A stretch of 64,000 bases of DNA from an uncultured bacterium (GTDB lineage: Bacteria > Oederibacteriota > JAAXVQ01), in the NCBI GenBank assembly GCA_964604705.1, contig CAZSAP010000013.1, positions 21,388 through 85,387 of the forward strand, given 5' to 3'. The notes under the pieces were generated by a model. That model saw only the letters and a program-made list of their open reading frames with translations, did no database searches and was not told the DNA's origin. The position numbers and the translations under genes are program-made. This document shows, piece by piece, positions 12,513-21,544 of this stretch; the stretch's first letter is position 1; every line of letters starts with the position of its first letter.

Positions 12513-15500
12513 TTACTTAATGATGGTTAATTTGCCCGTCGGAAACACCTTCTGGCTCCCTTGATCCCCTCGAGCTGAAACTCTGAAAATATAGACTCCG
12601 GGGGCCACTCCGGAAACCTGCCAAAGCTGCTTATTGTAACTGTTCCCAACCCCACGTTCTTCTTGATCCCAGACCAACTCCCCAGCCTGGTTGTATACCC
12701 GTATAAGCACCATGGACGGTTCATCCAGCCAATACAAGAAACTCACCTGAGCACCCCGACAGGGATTGGGATAACTCACCGCTTCGTCATGTCCTATAAG
12801 CGGTTCAAGCTTAAAATCCGCCCGATCTCCGGGATACCGTGCGTCTTGTACCTGGCTCTTTAAGCCCGTCGCTGTGGCTTTGATTTGAAACGGCCCTCCA
12901 GATAGAGAAGACAAGGCATACGCGCCCTGGGCATCGGTCGTGGTTTGGAGCACAACCGAACCGGATGCATCCAAAGCTTGTACCAGAGCCTGATTGAGCG
13001 GTGCACCTTTGATGTTTTGGACATTCCCGGCGATGGACGTTTGTGGAATCAAGACCAAATCCACCCGTTCTGTACCGCTCCCCAGCCGCGCGGCGGCAGA
13101 TACGCTTACGGTCGAGTATCCGGCTGTCTGGGCTCGCACCGTAAACATCCCGCTGTGCAAACCTTTGATTGTATACACACCGACCGAGTTGGTTAACGCG
13201 ACCCGTACCGGCAGCGGATTGTCCGCTTGGTACACTTGGACCATGCATAAATTCAACGGCTGTCCCAGGGGATCGGTCACGCGTCCGCTCATGGTCCCTC
13301 CGGTTTGCATGACAAACTCCATTTGCAGACTTTGCGAAAGCGCAGGTACCGTCACCGCAGCCAAGGGCTCCGCGGCCAAATTCACTCCGAGGATTGACGT
13401 GAAATAGGCTTGGGCATGATAGGTTCCGGGTTGAAGCATTAGAGAGTAATTGCCCCAGGCATCGGCCATGGCTTCCCCCACATTGGCTGGATCGGACTCG
13501 GACCAAAACTTGATAATACCTGTAAACGTGCGGTTGCCGTAAGTGTCATGCATGGACCCATAGACTTTAGTGCCTGAGGTTAACGTAAAATTATTGCGGT
13601 AGGTTCCCTTGTCCTGCACGGTTACGTTATCCAATTGGCGACACGCCATGCCACCCGAATCCAAGGTCTGGGGCATCACTTGCAGGGCATACGTTCCGGG
13701 GGCAACCCCTTCCAAGCGATAATATCCTGTGCTGTCGGTAAAACTGTTTTGATCAAAAAAGGAGAGCGAGGCCAAAACATCAAAGCGATTTTTCGCCGTA
13801 ACTTTAACTCCGGGCAATGAATTCCCGGCCGCATCGTAAACGTATCCATCGAGCACGGCCCCGGAGGGAAGTTGTCGATTGTAGACCTCCAGCGCACCGG
13901 CGGTCACATGCAAGTAATCCGTGATGGTCTGAGCATGTCCGGCCACATTTTGTACAACGGACAAATAATCCCCCTCGGGAGCATAGGAAAGAATAAAACT
14001 ACCGTCGGTTTCCAGTTCCGCACTCACCGCGGTGTCCGCGCTCAAAAAGATGATGCTGCCGGCATCCAGACTGTTCCCCGTAGCACCGGTAATAACACCG
14101 CGCCGTCCTCCGGCCACTTGCAAATTGAAATCCTGTCGGCGAATGGCATTTTCTGAAACCGTTACGCCCTTCACGAGCGCCGCTGTATTCAACTCGGTCA
14201 AGCTCGCCTTCGGGGTTATGGAAAGGGTGTAGTTTTGAAACGGGGAGAGGCCGTCCACCGAATACTTCCCTTGTGCATCGGTCTTGGTCTTCACAAGCTT
14301 TTCGAAAGGATACTTCATGTCGACAAAGACATCCACACCGGCTTCGGCCAAGGGTTGGTGCCTGGCATCGTACACGGTTCCTTGCACAGTGCCCCCGGGC
14401 TGCAAAATAAAATTACGTGTGGTTTGCGTGACTGCACCTTGCAACGAAATGCCACTGAACTCGGCAATCTGCAGATTTGCGCCTTGCGGTGGGGTGACCC
14501 GAATCGAATAAAGTCCTTGCGTAAGCCCGTTAAACGCATAGATGCCTAAAGGCCCGGTAGTGGCCGTCTGTTGATTGTTGGTGTTCCCGGTGGCCGGATA
14601 AATCGTTACCACGGATTGATTCACAGGCCTGTCCAGATAATCATGCACAAATCCATCCAAACGACCGCCTAAGGGCAACTCAAAGTTGACATGGGCCACC
14701 ACCTGTTGATCAAGGACATTGAGATTGTTGCGAATGGTATTGGCATACCCCGGCGGACCGAAGGCGATCACATGGTTAACGCCTGGATTTACATGTTGCA
14801 GGACGTAGGTGCCATCGCCCGCTGTGTACGTCACACTTTGTGGCAAATAGTCAGGGGTATTGCCGTACACCGATATCAGCGTGACATTGGCCGCACCAAT
14901 GGTGGTCCCGGCATACGTCACCCGACCGGTAATGGTGCCTCCGGTGTACAGATCAAAATCAACATTGGGTTGATCCAGCTTATCGGTAAGGATCAGGGTG
15001 CGGGTTGGCAACGAGGCATGGAGCGGACTGGTAACCGAAAGCTTGGTCATTCCCGCAGGTTGTCGAAAGGCATACGATCCATCTGCGGCAGTGGGCGTGG
15101 TCGTTGAATAGGAAACATTGCCCACGACATTGGTCGCTGCCACCGTGGCGCCCATAATCGGAATCCCGCCTACAACGGTCCGTACATGCCCGGAAATCAA
15201 ACCACCGATGGATATGGAGGCGTTTTTCGTATTGGCTTGTCCGTTAATCATTTCAGGCGGGTCAATGGTGGTTGCGGACGTATATCCGGTTTTTGTAACC
15301 ACAAAATAATGCGTTACCCCAGCGTCAAACACCGGCAGCGTAAGCACATACTCCCCAAGGGCATCGGTGTACGCGGCGTACGGCAGATACGAGTTTGGAA
15401 AGGCAATAACAAATACCCCGGCACACGGTGTGTTGTTCGAAGCATCGGTGATCTTTCCCATGAGCATTGTGGGCGAGGCAGCCCACCCTGCGAGGGACAA

Positions 15501-15566
15501 TCCGCACGCCCAAATGCCTACAGCAACCCCGATCAACCTCCGCTGGAAGAAACACATCGCAGCCAC
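12513..15566 (-). CDS. Large secreted protein with repeated carboxypeptidase-regulatory-like domains and a T9SS-type C-terminal sorting domain (CTD)
   Basis: Signal peptide. Multiple G.V.D..G.P..GA.V repeats. The C-terminus (YPNPCRG...VLIRVYNQAGELV...GVYIFRVSARG...KLTIIK) fits the T9SS/FlgD-Ig-like CTD pattern. Confidence 0.65.
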   Translation of the reverse strand: MAAMCFFQRRLIGVAVGIWACGLSLAGWAASPTMLMGKITDASNNTPCAGVFVIAFPNSYLPYAAYTDALGEYVLTLPVFDAGVTHYFVVTKTGYTSATTIDPPEMINGQANTKNASISIGGLISGHVRTVVGGIPIMGATVAATNVVGNVSYSTTTPTAADGSYAFRQPAGMTKLSVTSPLHASLPTRTLILTDKLDQPNVDFDLYTGGTITGRVTYAGTTIGAANVTLISVYGNTPDYLPQSVTYTAGDGTYVLQHVNPGVNHVIAFGPPGYANTIRNNLNVLDQQVVAHVNFELPLGGRLDGFVHDYLDRPVNQSVVTIYPATGNTNNQQTATTGPLGIYAFNGLTQGLYSIRVTPPQGANLQIAEFSGISLQGAVTQTTRNFILQPGGTVQGTVYDARHQPLAEAGVDVFVDMKYPFEKLVKTKTDAQGKYSVDGLSPFQNYTLSITPKASLTELNTAALVKGVTVSENAIRRQDFNLQVAGGRRGVITGATGNSLDAGSIIFLSADTAVSAELETDGSFILSYAPEGDYLSVVQNVAGHAQTITDYLHVTAGALEVYNRQLPSGAVLDGYVYDAAGNSLPGVKVTAKNRFDVLASLSFFDQNSFTDSTGYYRLEGVAPGTYALQVMPQTLDSGGMACRQLDNVTVQDKGTYRNNFTLTSGTKVYGSMHDTYGNRTFTGIIKFWSESDPANVGEAMADAWGNYSLMLQPGTYHAQAYFTSILGVNLAAEPLAAVTVPALSQSLQMEFVMQTGGTMSGRVTDPLGQPLNLCMVQVYQADNPLPVRVALTNSVGVYTIKGLHSGMFTVRAQTAGYSTVSVSAAARLGSGTERVDLVLIPQTSIAGNVQNIKGAPLNQALVQALDASGSVVLQTTTDAQGAYALSSLSGGPFQIKATATGLKSQVQDARYPGDRADFKLEPLIGHDEAVSYPNPCRGAQVSFLYWLDEPSMVLIRVYNQAGELVWDQEERGVGNSYNKQLWQVSGVAPGVYIFRVSARGDQGSQKVFPTGKLTIIK

Positions 15567-15656
15567 CCTTTGCGTTGATGAAAGCCAACTCCGTTATTCT
15601 ACTATTTTTTATTCTCACCTTGAACGGTTAGTTGAGAATCGTAAGCGGGCCTCGCA

Positions 15657-16391
15657 TTAAATTCTTTTCATGAGTTTTCGGGCACGCTCCAAATCATCAA
15701 GAGTATCGACGGATAATGTCGGTTTTTGAACCGAAACCACACCGATTTTAACCCCATGCTCCAACGCCCGGAGTTGCTCCAATTTTTCTAATTTTTCCAA
15801 TGGGGTTTGTTTCCAAGCGGCGTATTGCAACAAAAAAGCACGACGATAGGCATAGAGCCCCAAGTGCAAGCGAAGGGTCTTACTCCAGGCCGGAGTCTCC
15901 CCGTCACGCGGATGCGGAATGGGCGCCCGAGAAAAGTACAAGGCATTTCCCGCAAGATCGGTGACCACCTTAACCGCATTGGGATTGTTGCATTCCTCAG
16001 GTGGCAACGGCGCGGACAAGGTGGTCATGAGCCGGGTCCGGTCTTTGACAAACGGGGCACAGAGTCGGTCGATCGTGGTCGGCAAAATAAACGGCTCATC
16101 GCCCTGGATGTTCACCACGACGTCGCACGCTATTTTTTTGGCCACCACCGCCAAACGGTCCGTACCGGAGGCACAGGTCACGGGGGTCATGACAACCTCG
16201 CCGCCAAAACGCTCAACCACCGAAGCAATGCGCGCATCGTCGGTAGCCACAATCACACGCGAAAGCAGCTTGGCCTTTTGCGCACGACGCCAGACATGTT
16301 CAATGAGGGGTTTGCCGCCAATGTCCGCCAGGGGCTTGCCGGGCAAGCGCGTGGATGCATAGCGTGCGGGAATAATGCCAATAATTTTCAT
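15657..16391 (-). CDS. kdsB: 3-deoxy-manno-octulosonate cytidylyltransferase (CMP-KDO synthetase)
   Basis: N-terminal IIPARYASTRLPGKPL and a 244-aa KdsB profile. Confidence 0.9.
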   Translation of the reverse strand: MKIIGIIPARYASTRLPGKPLADIGGKPLIEHVWRRAQKAKLLSRVIVATDDARIASVVERFGGEVVMTPVTCASGTDRLAVVAKKIACDVVVNIQGDEPFILPTTIDRLCAPFVKDRTRLMTTLSAPLPPEECNNPNAVKVVTDLAGNALYFSRAPIPHPRDGETPAWSKTLRLHLGLYAYRRAFLLQYAAWKQTPLEKLEKLEQLRALEHGVKIGVVSVQKPTLSVDTLDDLERARKLMKRI

Positions 16392-16424
16392 AAAAACCTC
16401 ACGAGGCCGACAGAAATGGGACGC

Positions 16425-16934
16425 TTATTGGTTTTTTTTCAATATCGTTTCAATCACACTTGAGGTGCTGCGCCCTTCCACCAAAGGCATGCTCACCACA
16501 TCGCCACCCAGCGCCAACACTGTCTCGCGCCCAATGACTTTGTCCTTGGGCCAGTCGGCACCTTTCACCAGATAGAAAGGTTTGATGGCCGCAATCAACG
16601 CCCCGGGATCATCTTCGCCAAAAATCACCACCAAATCAACACACTCCAGGGAGGCCATAAGTTCCGCGCGCTCATCCTCGGGCAAAATCGGACGCTTCTC
16701 GCCCTTGATCCGACGGACCGAGGCATCGCTGTTGAGGCCGACCACCAGAGCATCGCCCAACTTGCGGGCCGCCGCCAAGTAACGGGCATGGCCTTGATGC
16801 AGCAGATCAAAGCATCCGTTGGTAAACACAACCTTGCGTCCCACTTCGCGCCACCGCGCCACACGCACCGCCGCTTCGGTGCGATCCACGATCTTTGAAC
16901 GCGGGTCTCGGGGCAATCCGACTACGACTTCCAT
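16425..16934 (-). CDS. rfaE2: D-glycero-beta-D-manno-heptose 1-phosphate adenylyltransferase (RfaE domain II, stand-alone)
   Basis: Cytidylyltransferase motif NGCFDLLHQGH. 169 aa. Overlaps the upstream kinase gene by 13 bp. Confidence 0.85.
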   Translation of the reverse strand: MEVVVGLPRDPRSKIVDRTEAAVRVARWREVGRKVVFTNGCFDLLHQGHARYLAAARKLGDALVVGLNSDASVRRIKGEKRPILPEDERAELMASLECVDLVVIFGEDDPGALIAAIKPFYLVKGADWPKDKVIGRETVLALGGDVVSMPLVEGRSTSSVIETILKKNQ

Positions 16935-17923
16935 GGTTCCTCCGCAATGCGCTTTTTCAATTCCGCCTGAGTGGTCGTGGCCACACCCACTTCACCTACG
17001 GTGATGCCGGCCGCACAATTGGCCGCCACCGACGACTCGCGGAAATTACCGCCGGCCGCCAGTCCCAAGGTCAGCGTGGAAATAACCGTATCCCCGGCTC
17101 CGGACACATCGTACACTTCCTGGGCCACGGTGGGAATGTGCGAGACATGCCCCCCACGTTCAAACAAGGCCATGCCCTCCTCCCCACGGGTGATGAGCAC
17201 CGCCCCGCAATGCAGCAGTTCCAGAATACGCGTGCCGGCCGCATGCAGGCTGGCCAGGTTGCTGATCTTGATGCCCGAGGCTTTTTCCGCTTCCATTTGA
17301 TTGGGGGAAATCAGGGTCACGCCCTTAAATTTCATGATGTTCTCAGGCTTCGGATCTCCGGTCACAGGCTTCTTGTATTTTTGCGCCAAGGCAATCACGC
17401 CTTGAGACAGCGTATCCGTGAGCAAGCCCTTGTTGTAATCCGAGACAATGACCGCATCCACGGTTTTCATCACCCGTTCAATGCCGTTCAACAAGTGTGC
17501 CACCACTTTGCCCGAAAGCTCCATGGGGTCTTCCCGGTCAATGCGCACCACCTGCTGGTTGTGCGCGATCACACGCGTTTTGGTAATGGTTGGACGCGAC
17601 CCGTCGCGGATGAGCAGCTTGGTGTCCACGCCCTCCTTTTTCAAAATCGCCAGCATGCGTTCGGCCGCAGCATCCGTGCCCACCACTCCGGCCAAGATCA
17701 CCTTCCCCCCCAAGGCACGAATGTTGTTGGCGACATTGGCCGCCCCACCCGGCATGGCGTCCTCACGCTGCACATGGACCACGGGAATCGGGGCTTCCGG
17801 AGAAATGCGACTCACCTTCCCCCAAATGTACTCGTCCAACATGACATCGCCCAATACGAGAATTTTCTTATTCGTAAAACGGTCGACGATTTTCTTAAGA
17901 TGTACGGCTTTCACATTTTTCAC
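16922..17923 (-). CDS. rfaE1: D-glycero-beta-D-manno-heptose 7-phosphate kinase (RfaE domain I, PfkB family, stand-alone)
   Basis: PfkB-family motifs (LVLGDVMLDEY, DVSGAGDT). The track ORF extends to 17974 and overlaps gmhA. A GTG at 17923 overlaps the gmhA stop (GTGA), consistent with translational coupling. Confidence 0.82.
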   Translation of the reverse strand: MKNVKAVHLKKIVDRFTNKKILVLGDVMLDEYIWGKVSRISPEAPIPVVHVQREDAMPGGAANVANNIRALGGKVILAGVVGTDAAAERMLAILKKEGVDTKLLIRDGSRPTITKTRVIAHNQQVVRIDREDPMELSGKVVAHLLNGIERVMKTVDAVIVSDYNKGLLTDTLSQGVIALAQKYKKPVTGDPKPENIMKFKGVTLISPNQMEAEKASGIKISNLASLHAAGTRILELLHCGAVLITRGEEGMALFERGGHVSHIPTVAQEVYDVSGAGDTVISTLTLGLAAGGNFRESSVAANCAAGITVGEVGVATTTQAELKKRIAEEPWKS

Positions 17924-18519
17924 GATTTCACACTCCCATCGGCTGGATGCACGGACTCTTCCACCAGCTTGCATAAAATATGTCCCAACGCCAGGTGTAT
18001 TTCCTGAATACGCATGGTGTTTTTGGAAGGCACGCTCAGCACCACATCGGCGCTCTGGGCCATTTTTCCGCCTTCTCCGACAAAGACCACGGTTTTCATG
18101 CCGCGGGCCTTGGCCTCTGCCATGGCCGCCAAGACGTTGGGCGAATTTCCCGAAGTACTCAATCCCAGCAGCACATCGCCCGGGCGCCCCAGCGCCTCCA
18201 CCTGACGTGAAAAGACACGCTCAAAGCCGTAGTCGTTGGCCAGTGCGGTCAAAGCCGAAGTGTCGGTGGTTAGGGCAATGGCCGCCATGGCCGGACGCTC
18301 GCGTTGATACAGGCGCGCCACCAACTCCGTGGCATAATGCTGGGCATCGGCCGCCGAGCCGCCGTTCCCGCAAATCAAAAGTTTGCCGCCCGCCCGCAGC
18401 GCCTGAGCGATCAGTTCCGCCGCCTGCGCCACCGGCGCGGCCAATTCCTTGGCGGCCCATTCACGCAACGCGACTCCGTCTTGCAGTTCCTGCCGGGCGA
18501 TCTCTGCCATTGATGTCAT
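17920..18519 (-). CDS. gmhA: Phosphoheptose isomerase (SIS domain)
   Basis: 199 aa. SIS-domain motifs LICGNGGSAADAQH and GLSTSGNS. Confidence 0.9.
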   Translation of the reverse strand: MTSMAEIARQELQDGVALREWAAKELAAPVAQAAELIAQALRAGGKLLICGNGGSAADAQHYATELVARLYQRERPAMAAIALTTDTSALTALANDYGFERVFSRQVEALGRPGDVLLGLSTSGNSPNVLAAMAEAKARGMKTVVFVGEGGKMAQSADVVLSVPSKNTMRIQEIHLALGHILCKLVEESVHPADGSVKS

Positions 18520-18549
18520 AAATTCCTCCAGGCCTCTCTAACTCAGTAC

Positions 18550-18660
18550 GGTAAGGTGGCCTGGGTACGAAAGACGCTCACCGGTGACCGGTTCGCTCCG
18601 ATCGGACATTCTTTTCCGAGAAGAATGTCCTCTAGGCTTTCTCACCCAGGTCACCCTACC
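18550..18660. promoter_or_regulatory. Nested palindromic element upstream of the gmhA operon
   Basis: A 17-nt imperfect inverted repeat, ggtaaggtggcctgggt (18550-18566) and acccaggtcaccctacc (18644-18660). It encloses a perfect 10-bp hairpin, ggacattctt (18604-18613) and aagaatgtcc (18621-18630). Confidence 0.4.
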
Positions 18661-18705
18661 GCTTTTAGTTTAAGCTGCGGCTGTCGAATAATTCTTGCCG
18701 GCGTT

Positions 18706-18745
18706 TGAGAAAAAACGTCTTCGTTTTTTCGATCACGAAGACGTT
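18706..18745 (-). terminator. Rho-independent terminator of the LysM/DUF3108 gene, embedded in an 18-bp perfect inverted repeat (18674-18691 and 18772-18789)
   Basis: Minus-strand RNA forms the hairpin aacgtcttcg-tgatcgaaaaaa-cgaagacgtt followed by a U-tract. An overlapping alternative hairpin gacgttcc/ggaacgtc sits at 18741-18758. Confidence 0.5.
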
Positions 18746-18788
18746 CCTCTGGAACGTCTGTCCGGAAAGAGTTATTCGACAGCCGCAG

Positions 18789-20051
18789 CTATTCTATAAT
18801 CTTGGCTTCCCGCAACACAATGTCAATGGTCCCAATCACAATCTGCGTCTTTATCAGCACCGGGACTTTGTGCGCATCATCCGTTAGCCACATGGTGATT
18901 TTCCCCTTTTGCTGAAAAAGCCCCTCAAATTTCAAGGCCGGCTCAACCACAATGCAGTCAAACGTCCCGGCCGGAACCGTCATGCGTTCGCGACGAACAA
19001 TCGTCACGAGGAGCTCGTATGATTTTCCGTCGTCGGCTACGACCGGAACGGTCACAACATCACCGATATCAAATTTCAGGGTGCGAAAAAAATAAAACTC
19101 CGAAAGCACATCCTGCACCCACGGCGGAGCCGGTACCACGGTTCGTCCCTCATCTTTAATGACCCGGCGGTTGAGTTGGTCGTACACAATGACCGAATCG
19201 TTGGAGTAGCCTCCCTCGCGCAAATGCTTCTCGTATTGCCACGAAAAAAGGCCCTGCTGATCCATGTAGGATTCAATCCGGTCGCGCACCTTGAACATCC
19301 ATTCAAACGCCGGATGCGTCCGGGCTCCGGCCACAATGCGATACGTTGAGCGATTGTTTTTTACAGGCCCGTTTTCCACATCCAGGGTGGCAAACCCGGC
19401 CGCAATATTAAAATATTGCACCGCAAAGAGCAAGTGCTCTCCGGGCTTGAAGGCTTGATTTGTCCGGACCGGAAACACCGGAGTTGGAACCGGCGTACTT
19501 TTGGGCGCCTCCGACTTGGTCCGAGATTCAACCGCTACAGCAGGTTCGCGGGTCTCGGCCACACGTGCCGGGGTTGCTCCCGCAACACCCGCCGGGGGCA
19601 GCCCCGATTCCCAACGCAACCGCAATCCGGGCTGAATGAGATCTGGGTTCGCCACCGCATTGGCCTGCGCCAGCTTGAGATACCACCGCGCATCACCCAA
19701 CCAACGCCGGCTAATCCGCCATAAGGAATCCCCCGGCTGAACCGTATACTCGCGTACCTCAGGGCCTGAACTTTTTTCACCGACCTGACTGCTCAAGGAA
19801 TTCCCAGTCGGTTCCACAGTCGGTGTGGCTTGGGGTGTCTCCAGCACCGTAGGTACGGGTGTAACCTTGACCACGGTAAATTCCGTCCGCCCGGTCGCAC
19901 AGCTGTTTAGGGTCCAGGCCAACAACCAACCGCCGAGGGCGATCCACAGCCGCGCCTTCGAAGCCCCCTGCCCGGTCGTCCGGGCCCCGGGTCTGCGTTG
20001 GCACAAACGCACATGATTAAACGTTTGATCTTTTTTATGAGGAACGAACAT
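18789..20051 (-). CDS. Secreted LysM-domain plus DUF3108-domain protein
   Basis: LysM motif VQPGDSLWRISRRW...LIQPGLRLRW. A C-terminal ~220 aa resembles DUF3108. Signal/lipobox-like RLWIALGGWLLAWTLNSC. Start assigned to ATG at 20051, since the track ORF start at 20132 has an unlikely N-terminus. Confidence 0.65.
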   Translation of the reverse strand: MFVPHKKDQTFNHVRLCQRRPGARTTGQGASKARLWIALGGWLLAWTLNSCATGRTEFTVVKVTPVPTVLETPQATPTVEPTGNSLSSQVGEKSSGPEVREYTVQPGDSLWRISRRWLGDARWYLKLAQANAVANPDLIQPGLRLRWESGLPPAGVAGATPARVAETREPAVAVESRTKSEAPKSTPVPTPVFPVRTNQAFKPGEHLLFAVQYFNIAAGFATLDVENGPVKNNRSTYRIVAGARTHPAFEWMFKVRDRIESYMDQQGLFSWQYEKHLREGGYSNDSVIVYDQLNRRVIKDEGRTVVPAPPWVQDVLSEFYFFRTLKFDIGDVVTVPVVADDGKSYELLVTIVRRERMTVPAGTFDCIVVEPALKFEGLFQQKGKITMWLTDDAHKVPVLIKTQIVIGTIDIVLREAKIIE

Positions 20052-20055
20052 ATGT

Positions 20056-20733
20056 CTATTGGGCATCCGGATTTCCTGGTTTCTTTCTGCGATCCGGAAT
20101 CGAACGATGCGCTTCTTGCCGCATTTGTTCAAAAGTACGAAACGCCCCTGATTTGCGTCCTGGCGGTTTCACGCTGCGCGGTTCGGGTTGGTTGAGTACC
20201 TGCGCCGTCATTTTACGCACCAACTCGTTTTTGTGCTCCAAGGCGTCTTGCAATACGGTCATGGAAACCGGGAGTTGCTTGGCCAACGCCATTACCGCAT
20301 GCGCGCACACATCGTCAAACTTATCATCCAGGGCTTTTTCCAAAAGCCGCAACGTGCCAGACCCCATTTTTCCCAATTGAATCGCCAAAGCTTTGCGAAC
20401 CTCACGGTCTTCATCTTGCAACCGTTCTTCCAAGGCACGCAGCATGGCCGACGACGGCGACTCAATGTTGCCCAAGGCCTCGATGGCGGCTTGCCGAATG
20501 CCCGGGAAGGCATGTTGTATAAGCTGAGTCAACGCTTCCACCGCCGGGTCGCCTATTTTTCCCAAGGCAATGATCGCATCTTTACGCACACCGTAATCCA
20601 GATCTGAATCACGCACGGCGCTTAGCAACTCAGGGATATCCTGAGGACCCAACGAGCGACTCAGCCAATCATACTTTTTATCCATCATACCCACACCTTC
20701 ATTCTTTGCCTGACGCTCCGATCTTACAACCAA
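20056..20733 (-). CDS. HEAT / PBS-lyase-repeat protein
   Basis: Repeated ...AI.ALG.IGDP.A...L motifs (AIIALGKIGDPAVEAL, AAIEALGNIESP, AVMALAKQ). Confidence 0.6.
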   Translation of the reverse strand: MVVRSERQAKNEGVGMMDKKYDWLSRSLGPQDIPELLSAVRDSDLDYGVRKDAIIALGKIGDPAVEALTQLIQHAFPGIRQAAIEALGNIESPSSAMLRALEERLQDEDREVRKALAIQLGKMGSGTLRLLEKALDDKFDDVCAHAVMALAKQLPVSMTVLQDALEHKNELVRKMTAQVLNQPEPRSVKPPGRKSGAFRTFEQMRQEAHRSIPDRRKKPGNPDAQ

Positions 20734-21528
20734 CTAGCTCTTTCGCTTGCGCGGGGAAACGGCCGCTTCGACCGGAGGGACCGTGCCTAAGGCCTCGATC
20801 CATTCTCGTTCCCGAATGATTTCCCTGGAAAAATGCCGCGACAAATACAAACAGATCCAGCCGCTCACAAACACCGGAACAAAAACCGGATTTTTCTCCA
20901 CGCCGCCCTGCACGAGCAGATACACGCCCAGCATGAGCCAGGCATCCCCAACCCCGCTTATAACCTTGGACCCCAGGGTGCGATAAGTAAAGTGCAACAC
21001 CGCTCGGACGTACCAGCGCGTCACGAATCCCAAACCCAACAACACCGCACCCATCCAGAAATTAAAACCATATCCCTCCGAAAGGTAGGCACTTATCACC
21101 AACGCGGTCAAGAGTCCCACGCCCATGGACGAGCTCATATGCATGAAGCCGATGGTACGTTCATGGATCTTCAACGCCTCGCGCTTACCCTGATTTTGCG
21201 TATAAAATTGGATATGCTCCCCGCCTTGGGACGAATACGTGGCCGGCAAGGTCTTGCGCTTGTTAATCACCCCCGCCAAGTCCGCACATTCGCTGCTGAC
21301 AAATCCCAGCATATAAAACATCAGCACCCAAGCCAGGATGGCCACCCAACCATGCTCCGAGCCCAACGAAAACGGCAAACTGGCGTTGACCGCCGCAATC
21401 CATGCATAGGGGCCGCTCAGGTTCAAAACCAAAACCAACAAACCGCCGCCCACAATATACGAAAGATCGCGTCGAAAAAATCCGCCGATCAAATCGTACA
21501 ACGTTCGCCCTACGCTCTCGTTGTCCAT
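20734..21528 (-). CDS. Hypothetical integral membrane protein
   Basis: 264-aa ORF with about 6 predicted TM helices, sitting in the LPS-gene neighbourhood. Confidence 0.5.
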   Translation of the reverse strand: MDNESVGRTLYDLIGGFFRRDLSYIVGGGLLVLVLNLSGPYAWIAAVNASLPFSLGSEHGWVAILAWVLMFYMLGFVSSECADLAGVINKRKTLPATYSSQGGEHIQFYTQNQGKREALKIHERTIGFMHMSSSMGVGLLTALVISAYLSEGYGFNFWMGAVLLGLGFVTRWYVRAVLHFTYRTLGSKVISGVGDAWLMLGVYLLVQGGVEKNPVFVPVFVSGWICLYLSRHFSREIIREREWIEALGTVPPVEAAVSPRKRKS

Positions 21529-21544
21529 ATACCCTCCGCCCGAC

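Noticed and set aside
16425-17923. A single fused bifunctional hldE gene
   Set aside because: Kinase and adenylyltransferase are in different frames with a 13-bp overlap. They are therefore annotated as two genes, although a sequencing frameshift cannot be excluded from sequence alone.
16895-18521. Long plus-strand ORFs (16895-18007, 17448-18521, 17980-18210) antisense to the rfaE1/gmhA genes
   Set aside because: They overlap genes that are strongly supported by homology on the opposite strand. Their products are low-complexity and Arg/Pro/Ser-rich, as expected for antisense frames of GC-rich coding DNA. No motifs.
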